Of a stretch of DNA of 64,000 nucleotides, positions 43,508 to 51,382 are shown in pieces. Location of the stretch: NCBI GenBank assembly GCA_017466825.1, contig JAFTTJ010000006.1:33368-97367 (forward strand), given 5' to 3'. The notes beneath the pieces were generated by a model. That model saw only the letters and a list, made by a program, of their open reading frames with translations, was not told where the DNA came from and made no database searches. The stretch is from Clostridia bacterium (lineage in GTDB: Bacteria > Bacillota > Clostridia > Christensenellales > Borkfalkiaceae). Numbering within the stretch: the stretch's first letter is position 1; each line of letters begins with the position of its first letter. A program made the position numbers and the translations under genes.

Positions 43508-44371
43508 ATGAAAAGAGATTTTAAGGAATGGTTAAAAACGTTTAGAAACAGCATTTGCGATTATAGTTATTACGTTGACTTTAACAAGGTTTACGGAAAC
43601 GTAGAAACAATTAAGGTTGAACTTAATATTCTTAATTCGCTTATCGGCTCTAAAAATATAGAGGCAGATTTTGAAAAATTGCTTACGGATTATCCGCAAG
43701 TATTAAAATGTATTCCCGTATTACTAGCTGTGAGAGGTCGTGAAATTTATACAATTGATGGCGACGGCGAATATCTTTTCAACTTTAAGAAAATGAACTA
43801 TTCCGTTGATGAATATAAAATGTTTATGAGAAAAACAGGGCTTTTCTCTTTGATTTCTGAACACGTTATAAATAATCTCGTTGATTACGTTACAGGTGTT
43901 GAAGTTGGTCTTGATAGCAATGGTCGTAAAAACCGTGGCGGTCATTTAATGGAAAACCTTGTTGAAGATTATTTACAAAAAGCAGGTCTTGTTAAAGGCG
44001 TTGACTACTTCAAAGAAATGTACATATCAGACATTGAGAAAAAGTGGTCTATTGACCTTTCAAACATTTCAAATCAAGGCAAAGCAGAAAAACGTTTTGA
44101 TTTCGTTGTTAAAAAAGGTGCTACTATTTACGGCATTGAAACTAATTTTTATTCAAGTGGTGGCTCTAAGCTTAATGAAACAGCAAGAAGTTATAAAACG
44201 ATTGCGTTAGAGGCAAAAGAAATTCAAGGTTTTGCGTTTGCGTGGTTTACCGACGGACAAGGTTGGCAGTCTGCGCGCCACAATTTAGAAGAAACGTTTG
44301 ACGTAATGGATAATATCTATTGCATTTCCGATATGGAAAACGGCGTTGTTGATACGCTTTTCGCTGAATAA
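43508..44371 (+). CDS. type II restriction endonuclease, DpnII/MboI family (GATC)
   Basis: Collinear similarity, from memory, to R.DpnII along the whole length (ALNI.NSLIGSKNI, NLVDYVTGVEVG.D.NGRKNR, KRFDFV, GSKLNETARSYK, TDGQGW). Confidence 0.85.
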   Translation: MKRDFKEWLKTFRNSICDYSYYVDFNKVYGNVETIKVELNILNSLIGSKNIEADFEKLLTDYPQVLKCIPVLLAVRGREIYTIDGDGEYLFNFKKMNYSVDEYKMFMRKTGLFSLISEHVINNLVDYVTGVEVGLDSNGRKNRGGHLMENLVEDYLQKAGLVKGVDYFKEMYISDIEKKWSIDLSNISNQGKAEKRFDFVVKKGATIYGIETNFYSSGGSKLNETARSYKTIALEAKEIQGFAFAWFTDGQGWQSARHNLEETFDVMDNIYCISDMENGVVDTLFAE

Positions 44372-44372
44372 T

Positions 44373-45110
44373 ATGGCAAAGAAAATCCCTTTACAACCCG
44401 AAAATTTCGAGCTTGAAACAAATACCGTTTGGGCGTTCCCTAATCGTGGGAAATGGGCAACTCACGACGCTAAATATCGTGGTAATTGGTCACCTTATAT
44501 TCCCCGAAACGTTATTTTAAGATATTCTAACGAGGGCGATACAGTTTTAGATCAATTTGTGGGCGGAGGCACGACTGCCGTTGAAGCTAAACTTACAGGC
44601 AGAAATTTTATAGGTGTTGATATAAACCCTAATGCGGTAGAATTATCTCGTAATAAATGTTTTTTTGACTTTGACTCTAACGTAGATATTTCTATTCGCC
44701 TTGGCGATGCTCGAAAGTTGGATTTGCCCGACGAAAGCGTTGACTTAATTTGTGCCCACCCACCTTATGCCGATATTATAAAGTATAGCGAGGATATTGA
44801 CGGCGATTTGTCGCATTTACCTATTAAGTCATTTTTAATGGAAATAGGCAAAGTTGCGGAAGAAAGTTTTAGAGTTCTAAAAAAAGGTAAATTTTGCGCT
44901 ATTTTAATGGGCGATACTCGTAAAAAAGGAATGGTGCAACCACTTGCATTTGAAACAATGCGAATTTTTGAACTTGCAGGCTTTAAGACAAAAGAAATTA
45001 TTATAAAAGAACAACACAACTGCAAAGCGACAGGCTTTTGGAAAACAAACAGTATAAAACACAACTTTTTACTACTCGCCCACGAGTATTTGTTTGTTTT
45101 TAAAAAATAA
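44373..45110 (+). CDS. second SAM-dependent DNA methyltransferase of the R-M cassette
   Basis: Motif I VLDQFVGGGTTAVEA precedes the motif IV-like CAHPPYADII. The ATG lies 1 nt after the endonuclease stop. Confidence 0.7.
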   Translation: MAKKIPLQPENFELETNTVWAFPNRGKWATHDAKYRGNWSPYIPRNVILRYSNEGDTVLDQFVGGGTTAVEAKLTGRNFIGVDINPNAVELSRNKCFFDFDSNVDISIRLGDARKLDLPDESVDLICAHPPYADIIKYSEDIDGDLSHLPIKSFLMEIGKVAEESFRVLKKGKFCAILMGDTRKKGMVQPLAFETMRIFELAGFKTKEIIIKEQHNCKATGFWKTNSIKHNFLLLAHEYLFVFKK

Positions 45111-45144
45111 AAAAAATTACATAAGACATAAAAGGAGCACTATT

Positions 45145-46617
45145 ATGATGGATATTAACATACTTGAGAAAATTAATTTTGGTGAAATTGATGGATACGG
45201 AGATCCAAATTTGGAAAAATATTTTTTGGATAATGATTATTGGAATAAAATTGTTGAAAATGATATATTTTTTGTTGTGGGCAAAAAAGGCACTGGAAAA
45301 TCATCAATATATAGAATGTTAGAAAAAGAAGCTATTAAACGTGGTAGTTTAGTAATTAATAAAGATTTTGGAGATTTTCCTTTTGAGAAATTACTACAAT
45401 TAAAGGACGATAATTTTGCTAAACCAAATCAATATCAAACCATTTGGAAAAACTTAATATTAAATTTATTTATTCATAATATAGCTAAGCTTCCTATAGA
45501 AAATAATGAGTTTTTCGATCAAATAGTTAAATACGATAATACATATTTGAAAAATGCTATTGATTTACATAAAGAAGTTGTAATAAAAACAATTAAAAAA
45601 CAAGGAAACTTAGTTTTTAAAAACATAGGTTACGCTGGGGAGTCATCCTCTAATGATACTTTTGGGCGAGGTGAAGAAAATATCTCACAAATAAATATCG
45701 CTCTCAGTGAGTTAATTCTTAATTTCTTTATCACATCAAATTATGAGAATAACATCATTATACAATTTGATCGTCTAGATGATAACTATAATCAATATCA
45801 GGATATTGAAGAGTATTATCAAGCAATAATAAGTCTATTTAAAACTGTTTATGGCTTTAACCAGTTGTTAAGATCGAAATCAATTAAAAATGCTAAAGTT
45901 GTATTGTATATCAGATCTGATATAATGAAGGCTATGGGTAATAGAGATGCAGAAAGTGCACGATGGGATGATTTTAGATATGATTTGTCATGGAATGTTA
46001 ATAATATGAAAGATATAAATAATTCCGATCTATTAAAAATGATTGATAAAAGAATTAGAACATCTTCTTTAGATACGACAAACCTAACATTTGCAAAAGT
46101 TTTTGAGATTCCAACTTCTGAATTGAAAAAATGTGGAATAAAATACACCTTATTTGGGTCGCTTGTTCTTCAAACACTTTTTAGACCGCGAGATTTAATA
46201 AAGTTTGCAAAAACTTTACAAATGGAAGTTGTGAGAGAAAAAACTTTTAATGATTCGATTTACAAAACTGCTTTAAAAAAATATTCGAATTGGCTTGTTA
46301 ATACAGAAATCGCAAATGAAATCAATCCAGTTTTAGGTGTAGATTATAAATATGTAATAGAGTTGTTACGTTTGTGTGGCAGTAGGACTTTAAGCGTAAA
46401 AGTTTTTACGGAAAGATATCTTTCTATAAAACATCAATTCAAATTTAAGCCATTAGAACTTTTAGAATTTTTGTATAGCGTAGGAATTATTGAAAACATA
46501 TGGAAGGATAAGTTTGGAAAATATATGCATCGCTCAATTTTTCGTAACGAAGGTGATTTCGATAGGAATTTACAATTAAGAATTCTTCCTGCTGTTTGGA
46601 CTGGATTAACAGTGTGA
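45145..46617 (+). CDS. orphan P-loop NTPase (490 aa), family not assigned
   Basis: Walker A GKKGTGKS. A possible Walker B IIIQFDRLDD. The rest is unrecognised. Very AT-rich. The ATG at 45145 follows AAGGAG. Confidence 0.6.
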   Translation: MMDINILEKINFGEIDGYGDPNLEKYFLDNDYWNKIVENDIFFVVGKKGTGKSSIYRMLEKEAIKRGSLVINKDFGDFPFEKLLQLKDDNFAKPNQYQTIWKNLILNLFIHNIAKLPIENNEFFDQIVKYDNTYLKNAIDLHKEVVIKTIKKQGNLVFKNIGYAGESSSNDTFGRGEENISQINIALSELILNFFITSNYENNIIIQFDRLDDNYNQYQDIEEYYQAIISLFKTVYGFNQLLRSKSIKNAKVVLYIRSDIMKAMGNRDAESARWDDFRYDLSWNVNNMKDINNSDLLKMIDKRIRTSSLDTTNLTFAKVFEIPTSELKKCGIKYTLFGSLVLQTLFRPRDLIKFAKTLQMEVVREKTFNDSIYKTALKKYSNWLVNTEIANEINPVLGVDYKYVIELLRLCGSRTLSVKVFTERYLSIKHQFKFKPLELLEFLYSVGIIENIWKDKFGKYMHRSIFRNEGDFDRNLQLRILPAVWTGLTV

Positions 46618-46655
46618 TTAAGTAATCTTTCCCAAGTAGTTTTACGTTTCACACG

Positions 46656-46760
46656 CTCCGCCACAAAACCCCTATCACCATTTGGTGGTAGGGGTTTTGT
46701 TTGTAAAAAATCAAAGATGGATTCGAACGGGTGGGTAGTCGGCAACGTGACGTTGCATCC
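46656..46760 (+). repeat. diverged third copy of the tRNA 3'-end / hairpin / conserved-block module
   Basis: CTCCGCCA (46656-46663), hairpin AAAACCCCTA...TAGGGGTTTT (46666-46698), then the 42-bp block identical to 42119-42160. Confidence 0.8.
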
Positions 46761-46926
46761 ACTCTATCCATTTCATTTTTTACAAATAGAAAGGCTTTTT
46801 GCTTAGAAAATTTTGCTTTTATAAAATTTTTCAAAATTTCTTTGCGCAGTAAACCTTGACTTGTGAATATCTTATGTTACACTCAAATTGCGCCTAAAAA
46901 TAAAATTTATGGAGGTTTAATAAAGT

Positions 46927-47511
46927 TTGTTTGAAAATTTTGTTTACAAAAACGGAGAAATAGTAGATAATAGTTGGGTAAAGTGGTGTCACTTTGGTGT
47001 TCCCGATAAAGAAGGGGAACGGCGAAATATAATACGTGCAAAATTAGCAGAGCTTAGACATTGTGAAGAATGTACAGCCCTATCAGGATGTTATTTTGTT
47101 AAATCTCTTTTGCCCAAAAATAAGGGTGAAGGAAAAGGGTTTTTACACGATAGTTGCCATTGTTATTTGACTAATAGAGAAAAGCCTAAATTTACAGCGT
47201 TTTGTGATATACGTAAATTTGAGAACTACGTGTTTTCTGATAAATATAAAGATAATGGTAAAATTCAATTATTTAAATCTTTGGGTTTTAAAGTGTCTGA
47301 TTCTAATTTGTTAAAACAAGAGTTTGAACGTCAGGCAGAACGCGAATACAAATCGGGCAATTATACCCTCGGTAAATTGGACAGATACGGACAACGAATA
47401 AATATTTCTATAATTATAACAAATAAAAACGACAGACAAGTTGAATTTGTTTCTGGGTGGATGATTCACCCGTTAGGGCTAATTACTTGTAATACGCCAT
47501 TAGGAGGGTAA
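46927..47511 (+). CDS. fusion-like protein: phage Mu F/SPP1 gp7-type Cys/His motif plus DUF6883-like C-terminal domain
   Basis: RHCEECTALSGCYF...LHDSCHCYL resembles the conserved C-terminal motif of Phage_Mu_F head-morphogenesis proteins. The C-terminal half (KF.NYVFS...GK..LF..LGF ... YGQR ... VSGWMI) resembles DUF6883. By-eye assignment. TTG start. Confidence 0.45.
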   Translation: MFENFVYKNGEIVDNSWVKWCHFGVPDKEGERRNIIRAKLAELRHCEECTALSGCYFVKSLLPKNKGEGKGFLHDSCHCYLTNREKPKFTAFCDIRKFENYVFSDKYKDNGKIQLFKSLGFKVSDSNLLKQEFERQAEREYKSGNYTLGKLDRYGQRINISIIITNKNDRQVEFVSGWMIHPLGLITCNTPLGG

Positions 47512-47512
47512 A

Positions 47513-48001
47513 ATGAATCTTTGGGATGAAGTTGAATTAATAGCAAACCTAGAAGAATTAAGCAAAAAAGGAATCTTTAAAGGCTATGGCGGTACGGTTG
47601 TTAAAGTTTACAACTGCTCTTGTTTAGTTTGGTTTTCAAACCCCAAAAACGTAGGAGAGTTTGCTTTTGCCAAAGTAAAGAAAGAATTCTTAAAGTTTAA
47701 ATTTAGCAAGATTTTTTCTGCCGAAATAATAGAAGAAATGAAAGAAACGATGGAAAATATAGATATTGACAAATACGATTCTTTATCTATTATAAACGTA
47801 GAAGAATACGATAAAATTGAACTTTTAGTAGATAAGCCCGAATACAACGAAGAAGGCATTTTTAAAGGTATGACTGGATGTGTTTTAAAGCCTTACGCTA
47901 TAAATGGCAAGTGGGCTATATTGTTTGATAACGTAGGCGAAAATGCTGACGAAAGCGTTGAAATTTTAGTTTCTCAAAAAGACTTTAAAGTAATAGCTTA
48001 A
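47513..48001 (+). CDS. protein with two tandem DUF4926-like (SH3-like) domains
   Basis: Two copies of the pattern D.VEL....pe.GIFKG..G.V.K.Y......V.F. Start lies 1 nt after the upstream stop. Confidence 0.45.
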   Translation: MNLWDEVELIANLEELSKKGIFKGYGGTVVKVYNCSCLVWFSNPKNVGEFAFAKVKKEFLKFKFSKIFSAEIIEEMKETMENIDIDKYDSLSIINVEEYDKIELLVDKPEYNEEGIFKGMTGCVLKPYAINGKWAILFDNVGENADESVEILVSQKDFKVIA

Positions 48002-48242
48002 ATGTAAAAATTCGGATTAGGTTTTTAGCCTTCCGCCATAAAGAGCCTGCACCCCATTGGGCGCAGGCTCTTTGTTTTTTATTAAGAATTATTTCGCCAT
48101 ACGGCGAAAGTTTTGAATCGCTCTTAAGCAAAAGGATTGCACAATATGAAAACGGATGATTGACGTCATAAACCAAAAGGACACCTATTTTAGGTGTCCT
48201 TTTCGCTTTCGCGTAAAATATATAAAGTTAAGTGTTGCAGTA

Positions 48243-49163
48243 TTAACCTTTGAAAGGGTTTTTCCCGTAATACTCTTTATAGAGTTTGTTTAAATTCCTT
48301 GCCGATTGGTAAATAGACTGTGGACTTAAAAAATGTGAAAATTCAAAAGTGATATATTTTTTAACGTATGGTTTAACCTTGTTAATTTTTGCTTTTAAAA
48401 CGTCGAAACTAACGGGGGCGAAAACTTTTGGAATATCTCTATCTAGGCCTTCTACGTTAGACCAAAGTTCAATGCCGTATTTGTCGCAAACTCTCTTTGC
48501 TTGCGCAAAATATTCGTCCATTTTGTCAAATGGGGCAGAGCCGTCTTGAAAAGCGCAGTAATCGATATAGCCCCCCGATTTTGCCAAAATTTTATCCCAT
48601 TCTTCAAAAGTTTGTTCGGGGGATAATGCGCCTTCGTTTACCATGACCGTAGTGTAAAAGAACGGACTGATTAAAATAGGTTTTTCAGGTGATTTTTCCT
48701 TGCAAAGTTTACCAAGACCGTTAAACACGTCGGAAATGTTAAAGACGTCGTTTCCAACTTCGTGGGGGATATACCAACCTTTAAATGAAGTAAAATGAGA
48801 GTATCTTTCTAATACTTCGTCAATGAAAAGTCTGTTTCTTTCAATTTCGGTTTGTGCGTCGCCGTCGTTCCAAGTTAAAGTTGAAATATAAAGACCGAAA
48901 AAGATATTTATCCCACGTTTTTGCGCTTCTTCTAAAATAAAGCCGGCAAAATCGTCAGTTTCGTCTTTTATATGCGGAAAATGTTTAGAAGGGAAAATCG
49001 TTTTATTGTAAAAACCACCGCGAATAAATATTGCGGTATCTATACCTACTTCCATCATATTGTCAAGGTCTTTAGCCCATTCTTCTCTCGACCAATTGGA
49101 AGATGGGATATCATAGGTGATTTCGTCGATAAACGTTCCCGAAATAGGATAGATCGATTTCAT
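48243..49163 (-). CDS. TIM-barrel glycoside-hydrolase-like protein (DUF4434-like)
   Basis: ISGTFIDEITYDIPSSNWSREEWAKDLDNMMEVGIDT resembles the DUF4434 N-terminus. Weak assignment. Confidence 0.4.
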   Translation of the reverse strand: MKSIYPISGTFIDEITYDIPSSNWSREEWAKDLDNMMEVGIDTAIFIRGGFYNKTIFPSKHFPHIKDETDDFAGFILEEAQKRGINIFFGLYISTLTWNDGDAQTEIERNRLFIDEVLERYSHFTSFKGWYIPHEVGNDVFNISDVFNGLGKLCKEKSPEKPILISPFFYTTVMVNEGALSPEQTFEEWDKILAKSGGYIDYCAFQDGSAPFDKMDEYFAQAKRVCDKYGIELWSNVEGLDRDIPKVFAPVSFDVLKAKINKVKPYVKKYITFEFSHFLSPQSIYQSARNLNKLYKEYYGKNPFKG

Positions 49164-49388
49164 TTTGGTTCCTCACTTGCAATTTGTGATAAGAATATTA
49201 TAACTCAAAATTAAGTCGTTGTAAATACTAAATTTTAATTTTATTTATCAATTTTTGACAAATAATTTATTGTTTTTTTGCAAAATATAAAAAGTCATAA
49301 ATTGTTAAATAGAGAGTGCTTTTTTGTTATTGAAAAAGAAGTGGAAAATTAGTATTCTTTTAAAAGAATACTATCTAAAGGGGAAAAA

Positions 49389-51281
49389 ATGAAAAAGATA
49401 TTCAAACTAATAGTTGTGAGTTTGGCGATATGCCTTTTACCTTTAGCTAATTCTATTAGCGCCATAGCTGAAACGGAGAGCGCGATAAACGTATATTCAA
49501 CCAGTAGTGGACTTATTGCGCCTGCTTCAGTAATTATGGAATACGACGACGGAGACGATTTGTCGCCGTTTACCAAAACGGTATCTTCAAAAATGGTTCG
49601 TCCTGCAACGATGATAGTTGAAGTGGATGAAAACTTTACCGTTTTATGCGGTGGGGAAAGAATAGATTACGATATTTTTCGTACCACGTATATAAAATCT
49701 AAAATGATTCCTGCCGTACGAGTTGAAACTGAAGGCGCTGCTGATGCGCTAATTGACTATCTCTCGACAAGGGGATACGACTTTATTGACTTTTCGGTAG
49801 TATCGACTTCGCCTGCGCTAGTCAAAAAAGTAAGGGACGATAGGAAGAGTATTCGCGGTGTTATCGACTATACTAAAACGGACGTTTCAAACATGTCTGC
49901 AGGGCAAATTGCAAACCAAATGAGCGTAAATAAGTCGATTATCGGCATTTTTGACCAAAATCAGGTTGACGCAAAAAAGGTTTTTGAGTTGCAAGGTAGA
50001 TTTAAATCCGTGTGGCTTAAATCAAATATTGATAGCGCGCACGACGTGTACGCGTGTATAGCGAGCGGGGCGGTAGGCTTTGTTACTGATAATTACGCTA
50101 CCGTTTACGAAACCTATTTAAGCATTGAGGGAAAAACCTTGTCTAGGGGCTTTTACGGCATTGGACATAGGGGGCTTCCAAGCGTCGCTGGCGAAAATAC
50201 GTTAGAAGGCATGATTGCGGCGTATGAAAGTGGCGCAACGCACGTTGAACTCGACACGAAGGTTTGCAAGAGCGGTGAAATCGTGATAATGCACGACGAT
50301 GGATTATCTTCTACTACCGACGGAACTGGTAACGTGTTACAAATGACTCTTAGTGAAATTCGCAAGTATAAAGTCGTCAAAAATTCAAACGGGCAAGCCG
50401 TTACCCCATGTGAAATACCTACTTTAGAAGACGTTTTCAAATATTTCAAGGGTAAAGACGTCGTTTTAGTAGTTGAAACGAAAAATGCGCAGTCGCATTA
50501 TCCCGCGCTCTTGGGTAAACTTATTGAAAAGTACGATATTGCAGATCAAGTCGTTGCGATAGGCTTTGGGTTAACGGAACTCGGGCTTGTGAGAGATCAA
50601 GTTCCCAATATACCTACTGCCAACTTAAACGGCACGACTAAATCGGATTTTCTCGTATATATGGCGCAAGTAAACGCTTTAAACACAACGCCAAATCCGT
50701 CGAAGTCTACGTTTATGTCGGACACGTGGGTGTTTAAAAACAGTCTTGCAAGGGGCTATTTGCCATATTGTTGGACGTTTTCTTCAACGGGCGATACTGA
50801 AGGCGCAGTTGCAAGGGGTATAGTTGGTATAACGACTGACCGAGTCGATTATTTAGGTAAATACGTCGAAAAAATAGACGAAACTTCGTTGGCGCTCACC
50901 CAAAGCGAGTTTTCAGGAACTTTTGAAATTGGAGTTATTACTTATAAAGGAATCACCGAAACGCGAGTAGCAAAGGTTTTGTCGTATGAGGAAACTGGCG
51001 AAAACACCTATTCAGCAATTATTGTTTATCAAGATAATTCGTATAACCGTTTGACTGAAGAATTATCCGTTGCGGTGGCTTTAGATGCGGAAGAGAGTAG
51101 TTCTTCGCAAGAAAGTCAAAGCGAGAGCGCAGGTCAAAATTTACACGAATCGACATTGCAAAGCGACGTAAACGAGCAATCTGACGGCGGGTGTGGTGGA
51201 AGTATTGCAGGAGCGGAAATAGGTTGTATTTTGATTGTTGCTGCGACTTTTGTAATAAGACAAAAAGTCAAAAAAAGTTAA
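49389..51281 (+). CDS. secreted glycerophosphodiester phosphodiesterase (GDPD) domain protein with C-terminal Cys-motif/TM anchor
   Basis: Signal peptide. GDPD signature GHRG...ENTLEGM...G...VELD...IVIMHD. C-terminus GGCGGSIAG plus a TM helix plus RQKVKKS. Confidence 0.7.
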   Translation: MKKIFKLIVVSLAICLLPLANSISAIAETESAINVYSTSSGLIAPASVIMEYDDGDDLSPFTKTVSSKMVRPATMIVEVDENFTVLCGGERIDYDIFRTTYIKSKMIPAVRVETEGAADALIDYLSTRGYDFIDFSVVSTSPALVKKVRDDRKSIRGVIDYTKTDVSNMSAGQIANQMSVNKSIIGIFDQNQVDAKKVFELQGRFKSVWLKSNIDSAHDVYACIASGAVGFVTDNYATVYETYLSIEGKTLSRGFYGIGHRGLPSVAGENTLEGMIAAYESGATHVELDTKVCKSGEIVIMHDDGLSSTTDGTGNVLQMTLSEIRKYKVVKNSNGQAVTPCEIPTLEDVFKYFKGKDVVLVVETKNAQSHYPALLGKLIEKYDIADQVVAIGFGLTELGLVRDQVPNIPTANLNGTTKSDFLVYMAQVNALNTTPNPSKSTFMSDTWVFKNSLARGYLPYCWTFSSTGDTEGAVARGIVGITTDRVDYLGKYVEKIDETSLALTQSEFSGTFEIGVITYKGITETRVAKVLSYEETGENTYSAIIVYQDNSYNRLTEELSVAVALDAEESSSSQESQSESAGQNLHESTLQSDVNEQSDGGCGGSIAGAEIGCILIVAATFVIRQKVKKS

Positions 51282-51382
51282 AAGCATAGTTCAATAATGC
51301 TATTTATATTTTAGATTTTGCGATGTATACTAAATTTGTTAAGTTGTTAAATTTATCATAAAACAACAAAAAGGAGAAGAAA

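Larger units (their letters stand above)
42142..46718 (+). mobile_element. integrase-less genomic island remnant carrying GATC R-M genes and a P-loop NTPase
   Basis: Bracketed by a perfect 42-bp direct repeat (42119-42160 and 46719-46760) next to copies of a tRNA 3' end. Visibly AT-richer than the flanks. No recombinase ORF in the window. Confidence 0.5.

Noticed and set aside
41786-48243. Searched the tRNA-Ser-proximal islands for an integrase, recombinase or transposase gene
   Set aside because: None of the ORFs shows tyrosine-recombinase (R..H..R..Y), serine-recombinase or DDE signatures. The islands are therefore described as remnants, not active mobile elements.
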